In this document: in pieces, positions 48,818 through 62,329 of the stretch
How positions within the stretch are numbered: the stretch's first letter is position 1
How the letters are laid out: every line of letters begins with the position of its first letter
Assembly: GCF_009914755.1 (NCBI RefSeq)
Contig: NC_060941.1
DNA: 64,000 nucleotides
Reading direction: 5' to 3' (one strand)
Origin: the human T2T-CHM13v2.0 reference genome, Homo sapiens
Notes under the pieces: generated by a model
The model's input: only the letters and a program-made list of their open reading frames with translations
Told to the model about the DNA's origin: nothing
Database searches by the model: none
Position numbers and translations under genes: made by a program

Positions 48818-51354
48818 AGCTGGGCCTCCCCTCCCTGCCCCAGGATTGTGGAGTGAGAACGTTGCAGCAGGAGAGAACAACGCAGCAAAGCACAGCAGGG
48901 GAACCGGAAATGCTCACCTTTTGACAGGGTACTTTTAGTTCTGGGGCCTTATCTTAAGGATATTCCAACATATACAAAAAGATTCATGCACAGAGATATT
49001 TACTTTAGTATTATTTACCATAGGAAAAAAGTTGGAAACAATACATTTTATGTTCTGTAAAATGAAAGAACAGTTAAATAAATCATGGCTCTAAGACGAC
49101 TCCAGGGCTGTGTACGGAAGTTCAGGGACAGAATCAGTTGAGGCTGTTCCACCTGAGCCTAAGCTTCCTCTGCTGTATGTCGGGAATCAGGTGGGGGCCA
49201 AGCGAGATCACCACAGTGCAGGCCAGTGTGCAGGGCACAGGTGGGCGCCAGGGAGGGGACGCCGCACAGCCCCATGCTCTCGCCAAAAACGTGCAGCACA
49301 ATTTGGAAGAAAACGTTTCCATCTGTTAATAAAGAGCAACGGCCTCTGGTCATAAGTGACACATGACCCTTTGCCTGAGTCTTTTTAAATTTTTCCATAT
49401 GTTCCATATTTTCTACACCAAATGTAAGCTACTTTCATAATCACAAAAACTTAATGGAAAGAGGAGGAGGAGGACGGGGGTGGGGAGTAGTAGCCATGGG
49501 TTCGAGCCCTTCCTCTCCGCATGACTTGGATAACACGGTATATTCACACAGCTATTTCCCCATCTATGAACTTCTGAGGTGCTTTTATTAGTTGATGTCT
49601 GGGACCCCTAGGAGCTCTCTTTATACCTCATGATATCAAATGCCCACCTTTCCAGCTCCTCTTGGCCTCCTGCCCTTCCTGGAGGGAGATGCGCTCCCTG
49701 GAGCTGCTGACTAGGTGGAAGCAGACTGGCTCCTTCAGTGGGTAGGCCAGCCTGCCTGTCTCCCTAGCCCAGTCCCACCGTGCTGGCCTCAGTGGTGGAG
49801 GCAGGCATGGAGCCTTGGAGGAACCACTCCTCCCCAGCCGCCACCAACATTTGTGGCACCGAGAAGCACCCGTGCTATTCCGGACAGGGATGGGGTTGGA
49901 CACCCATGCATAGGGGACCCTACACTCCTAGGCTTGGCTCTGGGCTAAACAGCAGGTGTGGATTTGGGCCTAGGCCTCGGAGAAGCCATCAGCTAGGGCA
50001 GAATTCCCATGTGGGCAGGATGTTATTTAGGAATTCCAGGGCTTTCTGTATTCCAGATTTCCTGTATTGTGCATATGTGCGTGCATGTATGTGCCCTCAG
50101 CCATGATGTAAAGTGTTTTTCTGGCTGGGGTTGCATCACAGAGTTTGGAAGCCACTGCTCTGCAGATTCTGAGGACCACCTCCCTTATTTCTCACCAAAT
50201 TCCCATTTCTTCTGTTTTTGTTCCACCCAATGCAAAAAGCATACTGCCTTCTCTTCTGCATTGGTGGGCAGCGGGTCCTGCAGCTCAGGTTTCTCCAGCC
50301 AGGGCCCTGAACGTGAGCCTGGTGGCGTGGGCAGGGGGCTGACTCCATGTGGGCCAAAGGCAACCTATCCAGCTCTTCAGAATGGCTTTTCTCTCCTCCC
50401 TATAAAACATATTTTCTCTCCTCCCTATAAAGCCTATTTTTGTATTAGGGTGTTTGTTAAAATGAAAACATGAGATCATTGATGCATAACGAGAAGCCGT
50501 GTCATTACTTCCCAGGCCCTGTGCAAGGTGCAAATTGGCGTGTTAGTGGCTGTTTGCATCTTTTCAGTTCCTTTCGTCTTTTCTCCTTATCCTGCCCTTT
50601 ATATGGTTTCTGCTTTAAGTCAAACATTGTGAGTGGATTGATGGACATATGTGTGTGTGAGCGTGTGTGCACAGATGCATGAGAACTGCAGAGAGAGATG
50701 GGAGGTAACCAGGGGGATCACTGTTCTCTTCTTCCCAAACATTAGCGTTAGGCTGTTCCGCTTCTGTTCTTGAGAGGGCACCCACATTACTGCTTGGGAG
50801 CCTGGAAATGGCCCCACTGAAGCAGCTCTGAGGCCCTGGACACCCTTTTCCTGGTTGTGGCCAGCTGAGTTGTGCATGGTCCTCCCCGTGGGATGTGCTT
50901 GGAGCATCTGCTGGTAGCAGAGCCTCAGTTCCTCTCCTGCGTTCTTTCGCTACAGGTGTTAGACCTGCTGCCCACCTGTGACCTGTTTACTGCCAGGGAT
51001 AGACCTGTGGCCAGTGTGGAAAGCGAGATGCTTTGTCCATACAGCCTGCGGGGCTCAGCCTTCCCGGGGTTGCCCACAGCTAGGCTGGGCCAGGACCCCC
51101 AAGCCTGGGAACTTACACCTTTCTCACCTGCTTTCCTAAAGGTGGTTTTCCTTTGTGATCTCTCTCCCTGAACGGCTAAACCACACTCTGAATAGAAAAC
51201 TGTCTTGAAAACTGCTTTGCACGTACATCTGATAAGGTCCTCTGGAGGGCGACCTCCACTGTCTAGTGGGCGAGGATTGTTCAGCCGCCTTGGCTGAGTC
51301 ACCGAGCTGCCAAGGGCAGACTGTACCCTGGGCTCACCAGCATGCAAAGATATT

Positions 51355-51508
51355 TTATTCATTTATTTATTCCATAAATATATATTTATATTATTTATAT
51401 TTAGAGCCAGTGTATCTCTCTGTCGCTCAGGCTGGAGTGCAGTGGCACTATCTCACTGCAGCCTCAAGCTCCCGGGCTCAAGGAATCCTCCTACTTTGTC
51501 CTCCCAAA
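51355..51508 (-). mobile_element. Old Alu monomer fragment (FLAM/AluJ-like)
   Basis: CAGGCTGGAGTGCAGTGGC...CTCACTGCAGCCTCAA...GGGCTCAAG. Confidence 0.85.
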
Positions 51509-52154
51509 CAAAAATATTTTTAAGGAGCCCACTAGGAGAGTGCTGAGTTTAAAATCTAAGTTCTTGTTTCTTTTTTCTTTTTCACTGATGCATAATAGAT
51601 GTACATAGTTTCAGGGTACATGTGATAGTTTAATGCATTCATATAATTGTGAAAATCAAATCAGCCTACTTGGAGTATCTATCGCCTTAAATATTTGTTT
51701 TTGCTTTATGCTAGAACCGTTCCGATTCTCTCTTCTAGCCATTTTGAAATATACAGTAGGCAATTGCCAACTATGATCTATGTAACACTAGGTCTTATTC
51801 CTTCTATCAAACCACGTATTTGTACCCTTCAATCAACTTCTGTTTCTCCCCCTCTCCCCGCTACATTTCCCCACCTCTGGTAACCACGCGTCTACCCTCT
51901 GTCTTCACGAGAGCTACTTTTTTAGTAGGTGGGAGAGAACATTCAATGTTTGTCTTTCTGTGCTTGGCTTATTTCACTTAACATAATGATCCCTAGGTCC
52001 ATCTTGTACAAATAACAGGCTGTCGTTCCTCTGTATGGCTGAATAATATTCCACTGTGTATACACACCACGTTCTGTTTATCCATCATCCGCTGATGAAC
52101 TCAGAGGCTGATTCCGTATTTTGGCGATTGTGAGTAGTCCCGCAGTAAACATGA

Positions 52155-52872
<718 letters not shown>

Positions 52873-53700
52873 CCTTTTGGTTTTTTGAGGAGCCTCCATC
52901 TGTTTTCCATAGTGGTTGTACTAATCAACGTTCCCACAACAGTGTGTGAGGGTCCCCCTTTCTCCACATCCTCGCCAGCATCCCTTATTCCCTGCGTTTT
53001 TGACGAAAGCCATTTTAACTGAGGTGAGAGAAGACCTCATTGCAGTTTTTTATTTGCGTTTCTCTGATGATTAGTGATGTTGAGCATTTTTTCATGTACC
53101 TGCTGGCCATTTGTACATCTTCTTTTGAGAAATGTCTACTCAGGTCTCTTGCCCATTTTAAAATTCGATTAATTGTTTGCTATTGTTTGAGCTCCTGGTT
53201 ATGAATCCCTTGTCAGGTGGGTAGCTTGCAAGTATTTTCTCCCATTCTGTGGGTTGTCTCTTCAGTTTGTTGACTTTTTCCTTTGGTCTGCAGAGGGTTC
53301 TTAGCTTGGTGTGATTTCACTTGTCTGTTTTTGCTTTGGTTGCCTGTGCTTTTGGGGCCCTACTGAAAAAGTCTTTGCTGAGAACAATGTCCTGGAGCAC
53401 TTCCCTAATGTTTTCTTCCAGTAGTTTTATACTTTCAGGTCTCAGTTTTACCTTTAATCCATTCTGATTTGATTTCTGTGTATGGTAAGAGAGACGGGTC
53501 TAGTTTCATTCTTCTGCATATCTTTATCTAGTTTCCCCTGCACCACTTATGGAAGAGACCGTCCTTTCGCTCGTATGTTGTTGGTGCCTTTGCTGAAGAT
53601 GAGCTGGCTGTAAATGTGTGGATTTATATCTGGGTTCTCTATTCTGTTCCACTGGTCTATGTGTCTGTTTTACGTGATTACCAGGCTGATTACCAGGCTG

Positions 53701-53992
53701 ATAGGTTGGCTCATGCCTGTAATCCCAGTACCTTTGGAGGCCCAGGTGGGAGGATCACTTGAAGCCAGGACTTCAAAACCAGCCTGGGCAACAAAGCAGG
53801 ACCCCATCTCTACAATGTTTTAAAAAATTATTTGGTGCAGTGGCATACACCTGTAGTCCCAACTACGCAGGAGGCTGAGGTGGGAGGATCCTTTGAGCCT
53901 AGGAGTTTGAGGCTGCTCTGAGCTGTGATTGTGCTACTGCACTCCAGCCTGGTTGACAGAGCAAGGCCCTGTCTCTTAAAAAAAAAAAAAAC
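53701..53992 (+). mobile_element. AluJ
   Basis: GGAGGATCACTTGAAGCCAGGA...GGAGGATCCTTTGAGCCTAGGAGTTTGAGGCTGC; poly-A. Confidence 0.93.
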
Positions 53993-54260
53993 TATTGCAA
54001 GAGGAGAGAGAGAGACTGAATTCAACTCTCAATACAACAGAGACAAGTGGGGATAGCCAATGAGCAGGGTGAGGGAGGTGATGAAAAGTTGTTGAAAGGA
54101 GCTTGGTTAGTTAGCAAGGGTGGGGAAGATTCTCACTAAGGACCTTAGCAGCATTCCTTGCTAGCACTGAGCTCAGCAGGCCAAGGATGAGGCTTCATCA
54201 AGGAGAAGGCTCAAAGGAGCCTGAGTGGAGTTTGGTCAAGGAGAGCGTCTTTGTCATCCT
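53993..54260 (-). mobile_element. ERV1 LTR fragment, MER31-like
   Basis: ACTATTGCAAGAGGAGAGAG...GAATTCAACTCTCAATACAACAGAGACAAGTGGGGA...GAGCAGGGTG. Confidence 0.5.
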
Positions 54261-55626
54261 TGCAATGACTCATTTTATAGGTAATTAAGTAGGGGGTTCA
54301 GACAGGTCAAAGACTTACCAAAAAGAGGAAATTGTGTCCATGTGGCTGGTGGCTCACCCCAGGAACTGACAGTGGCTTACTCTCAGAAACTCAGAGTGTG
54401 CGTGTCTCTTTGAATCCGTATCTGTGTGTGGGTGGGTGCGTCTGTCTGTGTGCGTGCCTCAGTCTCTTCTGAATTTCTCTCCCAATCCCCGTCTCTCTTT
54501 CCTCGGGTTGGTGTTTCCCTCCTGCTGGCCTCTGGCCAGCTATTTCTGGAAGTGTCAGCTGCTCTGTCTTCCTGCCCCTGTCTCCACCATCACGTCTGTG
54601 TCTGACTCCCTTTCTTTCCCATACAAAACCCCTAATGCAAGTCCTACTGTTTCTGTAACTGGCCACTGCCTATAACAAATCTTTGCTTAGGTTGTGTTTC
54701 TTTGTAGAATAGACTGATGTACTGTGTGCTTGATTTTTACAAGATGAGCACAATACCTTATCTTTCTTCTTTATTAAAAAAAAGGAAAAATCCAAACACA
54801 AGATTAATATCTCGTCATGGACTGTGCCCCGCTCGAGCCTCTCCACATGCAGCCGGAAGGAAAGTGGAGGGAGCTGCTCCTTTCCGTAGCCGGGGTGCCC
54901 ACCCCAACCAGGCTGCCTCTGCCACCCAAGACAGAGGTTCTCTGATAATAATTTGTGGGGCTTGTTTCCAGAGACCACACCTGAAGCTGCCAACTCCCCG
55001 GAGGGAAGGTCCTGATTAATGGCCGATGAATTTCTCCTTAAGGCCCTGAAACTGCCTACTCAGAACCAAGCCAGTTTTTCCTGCCTGTCCTGTTTGGGCA
55101 GGCAGAGGAGGCAGCTAGAAACCCATTATGCAGGGGATGGGGGTAAGTGGAGGAGGGAGGGGTCGGGGGAGGAGTGGGGAGGAGGAGGAGGGAAACAGGA
55201 AACCCCAGGCTTTGGCTATGATGGGGTCAGCCTTTCTACACCATTCCGGGATGCTGGTGTCCACCACTGCTGCCTGGGCACGGGGAACAGAGAATCTGCC
55301 TGGTGGGAGCAGACAAGAGGTTCGAGGACCAGAGCTCATCCTCTTCGGTGTGTGCCTGGGAGGAGGTGTAGGTGCAGCCAGTGGGGTATGATTAAAAAGA
55401 AGGGACGCGAGTTTAGGGGACAGCCGCCCACGTGCACCAGCTCTCCGTGTGCCAAAATCTTGCCTGTCAGGGACCAGGATCCCACTTCACAGTTAGCAAA
55501 TAGCAGCTCAGGGACATTAAGCAACTCGCCCAGCATCCCACCAGCAGACAGTCTCACCTTCAGGGTCGTCTGTGTCTGTTAAAGTCGAGTCTAGTTTCGG
55601 GTCTCAGAGCACCTCCCTAAAGCTGC

Positions 55627-56415
55627 CGTAAACCAAGAATAAAATTCTAAGCCCCACAGCCGATCGCGTGGACCCCGCCTCTGGGCCAAAGGGATTCCAG
55701 AGAAACCTGAAGAACTAGTTCAGGCCGTGATGAGGAGGAGTGGGGGCTGGACAGGCCTCATTGTACCCTCCTCCCTTTGGAATTTGGGCAGAACTGACCA
55801 GAACCAACATTAAAACAGAGATCTGAAGACTGACAAGGCTCTCTAGCAATAAGATACCAAATTCCAACCTGACTCCAGTGCAGCATCACATGACAGACAG
55901 AGGCCATGAAATCAATATTTTACCTCAAAATATATTTCTTTGACATACTTTGAAATGGCCCTGCCAAGCTGTCTCTTGTGGGGGACATTTACATTCTGTA
56001 GAGAATCCCTTCCCTTTCCAGGTCTTTCTCTGATCCTGAAGACATTGGCTGAGAGCCTAGCACCTTCTATGGGTCTGAACAGGAAACATTTGCCATCTAT
56101 TGTCTCTAAGGGTGGCCACCTATGAAACTTCATCTACATAATAAGAACCTTGGTCTGCACAGTCTCTTATCTTAACCCAGACTCTCCTTTCTATTGATAG
56201 CAGGTCTGTAGATAATAATTCTTTCAACCAATTGAGAATCAGAAAATCTTTGAATCTATCTATGACCTGTAAACCCCATTACTTTGAATTTTCCTCCTTC
56301 CAGACCAAACCAATGCACAACTCCTACGTACTGATGGTGGTCTTACGTTTCCCTAAGTTTCTGCCGACTAAACTGTGCACACGTTCTCAGGACCTCCTGA
56401 AGCTGCGTCACAGGC
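55627..56415 (+). mobile_element. MER4-group ERV1 LTR (MER4B/D/E-like)
   Basis: GTAAACCAAGAATAAAATTCTAAGCCCC...AACTAGTTCAGGCC...TTTTACCTCAAAATATATTTCTTTGACATA...AATCAGAAAATCTTTGAATC. Confidence 0.85.
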
Positions 56416-56438
56416 GCTGATCAAAGAACACAACCAAG
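56391..56438 (+). ncRNA. Candidate 48-nt exon
   Basis: GTTCTCAG|GAC...CAAG|GTGAGT; strong donor; motif evidence only. Confidence 0.3.
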
Positions 56439-56439
56439 G

Positions 56440-56853
56440 TGAGTGTCAATCATTTCAAGAAATCTGTTTGCAAGGTTAAGGACACACCTGAGAAAAGAAC
56501 AGAGAACCACAGGAAAAACTGTGGTCCGTGCTTTTCCCAAAGGTTGTCTGGGGACCTCAGTAAGTAAAGGGGAGAAGTGTGGGTGTTGGGGAAAGGGGAA
56601 GAAGTGGAAAAAATGGGTGTGGGTAAATCAGAGGCAAATGGTTGCATTCTTCTGTCTTTGGTCAGCGTTCACTGAATACACATTTTACATGTGATGGAGG
56701 TAGAGGCAGGGATGTAGCTTTTTTATCTTTGTGTAATAGCTATCTTATTTAGGAACCAGATGGGAAGCAGGTTTGCATAAGCCAGTTCCCAGCTTGGCTT
56801 TTCCCTTTGGCTTAGTGAGTCTGGGGTCCCAGGATTTATTTTCCGTTCTCACA
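56440..56853 (-). mobile_element. Second MER4-group LTR, opposite orientation
   Basis: GCAGGTTTGC...CAGTTCCCAGCTTGGCTTTTCCCTTTGGCTTAGTGA...GGGGTCCCAGGATTTATTTTCC...TCACA. Confidence 0.75.
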
Positions 56854-57311
56854 GGTTGTAGTCCTCACATTTGGCTCAAAATATTCAAAATTTTTTCCAG
56901 AGTTTGGCCTTTTCTTCAGCACTGGGAATTGTGATCCAAAGCTTTTCCTGATGAGGTACAAAGTTGGAGAAACAAAACGCAAACTAAGCAACAATGAAAC
57001 AGAACAGAGTGAATCTGCTGTAGCTCAAGAGAGGACGTAGCTGCCCCCACCCCGCATCCCCGGGCTCGGGTTTGCCTTGCTGACCTCTGCTGCCACCTGG
57101 TGCCGCACAGAGAAACTGAGGAGAAACCACATCAGTCTCCTTCAGCCTCAGCTTCACATCTGTGGGTCAAGCAACCCTTTCAGAAGCTGTATAATGTGGG
57201 AAAGCTTTCCTCTCAGGAAAATGCACACATCCAACTTTGAGAAGATGCCCTTGGGGGTGCTTCAAGGATCCTAGATAATAACCCCCTTTCCCGAACATCC
57301 AAGAACCTAAG

Positions 57312-57608
<297 letters not shown>

Positions 57609-57924
57609 CAAGAACCCAACTTTTAGATCTAGAGTGATGTCAGCATGACATTGATTTCCTGAGGCCCAGGGGTGAAGGAGCTGAGGACAGCAGAGGGGTG
57701 AAGGAAGTCAGCTACAGACAGCAGCAGCTGATGCACAGGCCTCCCAGCGCCTGAAGTCACCCGGAATTGGGAAGTGCTCAGAAGCTTACAAAGCTGCCTC
57801 GAGGTGGGAACACAACATTAATCCAAGAGCAGATCCCTGATCCTATAAAAATGTACTAGATGCAGTGGGGGCATTTTAAATGAGCAGGGAAGGACAGACA
57901 GATAAACAGAAGGACAAACAGTAT

Positions 57925-58479
57925 TGGGATTGGGATAAATGCTCAGCTTTTGCCCAAATCTTAGTGACTTAAGCATCACTTATTTGCTCACGATTCTGTG
58001 GCTGGACCATTTGGTTTGGCTCACAGGGCAGGGACTGTGCTGGTCTTACCTGAGCAGACCTGCATGTCTGCGGTCAACTGGGTTGGCAGAGACAGAGTGA
58101 CTGTCTTCCTCCAGGAAGCAGCAGGTTAACTGGTTGGCAGAGACAGAGGGACTGAGGGACTGTCTCCCTCCAGGAAGCAGCAGGTTAACTGGTTGGCAGA
58201 GACAGAGGGACAGAGGGACTGTCTTCCTCCAGGAAGCAGCAGGTTGGCTCTGGTTCCTTCGTGGGGCAGCTGGTCTCCAGGGCAGCAAGAGAGACCAAGC
58301 CCCCGTGCACATTCTACAGCCTCTGTGCACATCAGACTTGTTAATATCCCATTGGCCAGTGCAAGTCACACGGCCAAGCCCAGATTAAGGAGTGGAAAGA
58401 TGGACGCTATCTCCTCCTGGGAGAGGAGGCAAAGGAGGTGAGAGCATTATGTGGCCACTTATGTTTGCAATCTACCATA
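57925..58479 (-). mobile_element. Old MLT1 (H/I-like) LTR containing a ~52-59-bp triplication at 58078-58247
   Basis: CTCACGATTCTGTGG...ATCCCATTGGCCAGTGCAAGTCACACGGCCAAGCCCAGA...TTTGCAATCTACCA; GGTTGGCAGAGACAGAG three times. Confidence 0.75.
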
Positions 58480-58499
58480 CTTAGCCCTTTGAGAAAAGA

Positions 58500-59010
58500 A
58501 TTAACTGAGAAACTTGCTTCAAATAGGGCATTCAGTAAAATGAAGCCCCAATTGAAGTAAAATGCATATATAAAAAATGAAACTGTGACCGATTTTAAGG
58601 ACAGTATTGGCAAATATTTCTGTGCTCTTGGAGGAGAAGACCCTTATTGGCATGACGTGTCAGAAACCACAATGAAAGAATTATTTTAACTTGCATTCAT
58701 AAAAATTAAAATTATTCATTAAAAACATCGTGAATGAAATTAAAAGTCAAAATGTAAGCCAGAAAATTATTTACAACATATGTGTCAGGAAAAGACAATA
58801 CCCTTCAGACTTTGAGAGTTTACATCAGAAAGAAAATAGCAAATGACATGATCCAAACTTGATAAAGGACATGAAAAAGAGCCAGCACTTAGTATGTTTT
58901 CTGAATGAATAAGTAGCCAACAGCACATGAAAATGTGTGTAATCCACTTGTAAGCAGAGAAATGCAAATTAAAACAGTAAAGTGTCATTTTCACTTCCTG
59001 GATTGGCAAA
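58500..59010 (+). mobile_element. Old L1 ORF2 fragment
   Basis: CACATGAAAATGTG...AAGCAGAGAAATGCAAATTAAAACA. Confidence 0.65.
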
Positions 59011-59524
59011 GGGTTTTATGTATTTTACTGACAGTGCTCAACATTAGCAGTAAACAACAAATGGTGAGTAAATATGAGCTTCGGAACCTCAGGGAAATGA
59101 TCTCCTTATTTCAACCTGTAGATTCCTTCCTACAACCAGTGTAGAGCAGAGTACCAGGACGGGCCATTGAGCACCCTGGTGTTGAGAGCAAGTGGCCTCT
59201 AGTCAGAGTTGGGTCAGGGCCACTGTGAGTGGGCTGCCCCCAACATGAGTCAGCTGTCTAGGACTAGTTTATCTCTGCTTCTCACTTTACTGGTATTATG
59301 GGGCAGCTCCTGCTGTCTTCCAATTTGGTGTCTTCCAAATCGGCACCGTCTTTTAAAGTTGAGTTTCTTGTTATTCTCACCTGATATACCTTATTTATCC
59401 CACACCCACCCCAATAACATATCGTGCTCAGTGTTATCTTTGAGACAACACTTGAATTTTACTCAGCCTGGCGTGCTCTTCACATGTCTTGTCTAGATCC
59501 AGTTCGGACTCATTCTTCAGCCGT

Positions 59525-59870
59525 GCATCAGTAAATGGGGGCTAGGTTAAACTGTGGTGACAAACAACCTCCAAATTTCAGTGGCTCAAAAATCTTCTTC
59601 CTCATTTATTTACATTTCATCATGGGTCAGGTGAGAGGTAGCTCTGTGCCGTGTCATCCTAACACAGGAATCCAGACAGAAGGAGGGACAATCAGTAAGA
59701 TCCCCATTGCTATAGAAAAGAGAAAAAAGTATGCGGAATAGAACTCTGTTTCTTGGAGATTTCTCCTGAAAAAGTCACATGTTATTTCTTCTCACCTCCA
59801 TTGGCAAAAAAAAAGTCATGTGGCCATGTGAAAATGTAAGTAGGCGGGATGGAACAGTCAGAATGCATTC
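59525..59870 (-). mobile_element. Old MLT1 (K/L-like) LTR
   Basis: GCTAGGTTAAACTGTGGTGACAAACAACCTCCAAATTTCAGTGGCT...CCATTGGCAAAA...AAGTCATGTGGCCA. Confidence 0.6.
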
Positions 59871-60164
59871 ATAAAATATGAACTGAAAATATCTGGAGAA
59901 CAGCACCTATGACTACCACGAATGCCAACATGCATCCCTAACAACCCAGTGCTGTCACCCTCCAAACTTTTTATGTCTTGCAAAGTATTAGAACTTCTTA
60001 TCTGAAGCCATACCACTCAGAGGGAATGCAAAATACATATTGACATCTCCTTTAGGATGTCCTTAGAGAATTCAAGGAAAAGAAGTTAAATAATTTAAAA
60101 GTGCTTTTGGGTACAGCTATTTAGCACTAGAGGGTAAGATTAGACATAGATTGTAAAGATAATA

Positions 60165-60345
60165 ATAGGGTTAGGGATAGGATTAGGATCTGGGTCAGAG
60201 TCAGGGCCAGAAGTATGGTTAGAGGTGGGGTCATGGTCAGGGTCGAGATCAAAGTCAGGGTCAGAATTAGGGACCAGGATAGGGATCAGGATTTAGGTTC
60301 AGTGTCAAAGTCTTGGGACAAGGTTAGGGTTAGAATTAGAACCAG
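60165..60345 (+). repeat. Degenerate interstitial telomere-like tract, G-strand on plus
   Basis: Perfect TTAGGG at 60171, 60267, 60324 within ~30 hexamers such as TCAGGG, ATAGGG, TTAGGA, TTAGAA, TCAGAG. Confidence 0.75.
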
Positions 60346-60362
60346 AGCTTTGTTCTCCTCAG

Positions 60363-60490
60363 GACCCACCCGAGGGTGGGTCACCATGGCTTTGGAGCCC
60401 CTGGTAGTGTGGCGTGTCCACAGTGAAGACCAGAGTTTCATTGTCCTTAAGACTGACCTGGGGAGACGTGGCTGCAGGCCATTGAGGAAG
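60363..60490 (+). ncRNA. Candidate 128-nt exon with Kozak ATG at 60386
   Basis: Acceptor CTTTGTTCTCCTCAG|; donor AAG|GTGAGG; CACCATGG. Confidence 0.45.
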
Positions 60491-61030
60491 GTGAGGAAAA
60501 ACTTCCTGTCTGCTCCCCGTGTGCTGAGGAGGGAGCTCTGCCGTGGGCTTTACTTTCACATGTTATATTCCACAAGTCTTGTTTTACAAAAGCATCCCTT
60601 CCTTGAGGCTTCGGCTGCTCATCGCTGCTCATCATCATAGCGTGCCATAACATATAGTAAGATTTGGGTTTGTTTCTGGGGAGAGATCTTGGTATAGAGA
60701 AAGGAGAAATGCTTAGAGCCACCATCAGGACAGTTGGGATGAAAGTTGGGTATAGGCAGAGGCTGGAGGAAACATGTGCATCCCCTGTAAACACTTTTAT
60801 TCATGTTTTAATTACTCATTTTTCTTACAGTGTTAAATTAGTAAAGATAGTATTGAAAAATTGAAAAGTAGGCATATTAAAACCTGCAACACTATTTAAG
60901 CTTAGATATATTATTTGTACCTCATCAACATTTTTTATTTTGTTGAGAAAGTTTAAGGTTAATTGACAGCATATTTCTAATAGTAGATAGAATAACATCC
61001 CTTTTATAAACATTGACATCCTACATTACA

Positions 61031-61477
61031 TGTGTGAACCCTGAAAATCTGAGACAGCTCTCAGATTTTTTAGAAAGTTTATTTTGCCAATCTTGAGGAT
61101 GTGCACCTGTGATGCCTCCTCAGGAGATCCTGACAACATGGGCCCAAGGTGGTCGGGGCACAGCTTGGTTTTATACACTTTAGGGAGACACGAGAGATCA
61201 ATCAATATGTGTAAGATGTACATTGGTTCAGTCCAGAAAGGTGAGAAGGCCAGACAGGGGGCTTCCAGGTCACAGGTAGGTAAGAGACAAATGGTTTCAT
61301 TCTTTTGCATTGCTGATTACCCTCTCCACGTGAGGCAATCAGGTATGCATTTATCTCGGTGATCAGACGGGTGTCTTTGGATAGAATGGGAGGCGGGTTT
61401 GCCCTAGGCAGTTCCCAGCTTGACTTTTCCCTTTAGCTTAGTGATTTTGGGTCCCCAAGATTTATTTTCCCTTCGTA
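61031..61477 (-). mobile_element. MER4A-like ERV1 solo LTR
   Basis: GAAAATCTGAGACAG...AGAAAGTTTATTTTGCCAA...GGGCACAGCTTGGTTTTATACA...CCCAAGATTTATTTTCC. Confidence 0.88.
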
Positions 61478-62329
61478 AGTGTTCCTATGAGTATTAATTA
61501 TTCATTGTGTCTTTTATTACACAAATAAGGCACAGATTTTTAAGAAATCATCAACTTCATGGCTACCTATATAGACATAATTACATAGAAGCTCAACTAA
61601 ATTTGCAAACATTCCAGAGTTTGGGTTTCCAATAATTCTTTGTGATTCTTTAAAAGGTAAAGTATTTTTTCCCATAAAACATAGCAACATTTAAAATCAA
61701 CCGTAGAATGTCCTGCCATTTTTGTTTCTCTAGTTTCCTCATTTTCTGCAAAGCCTCACTGAGGAAATTGACTTTGAATATCCTTTTAGACTCTTGTTTT
61801 AGAAAGCATTGTGGTAAAACATTGAATCATCGTGGTCACAAGTTCTGTTCACATTCTTTCTTTCTTTGAATATTTTTTCCCAGTGGCCAATATTTGATTC
61901 TGTTGTATCATGGCTAAAAGGTAGGCATGGCAACAAAATAAAGACAAGAAGTCTTTGGAATAATTGATCCCATCACAATGAATCAATTTGCCATTGGAAC
62001 ATGTTTTTACAAAGTCACTCTTTTGAAAATATTCAGCTATGACTTGAAACAGAGTCTGTATGGTTAATATTTTTCCTGGTCTAAGATGAACAGCATTTTA
62101 GAGAATGAACCCAGGACACAACCACAGCACAAGAAAAACATGTGATAATTAAGTTTACACATGTGTGTTACTACAGTAACAGAAAACATGTAAAGAACAT
62201 TTGATTTATGTATCAGTCTGCACTGTTTAATTTTTTGTGTCATAATTGCTCTTATTTTAAAAAACAGGACTAGTTAACAGTGTCAATTACTAGTAATTCA
62301 TGGTATAAATAATTAAACAAGGAAGTGTT

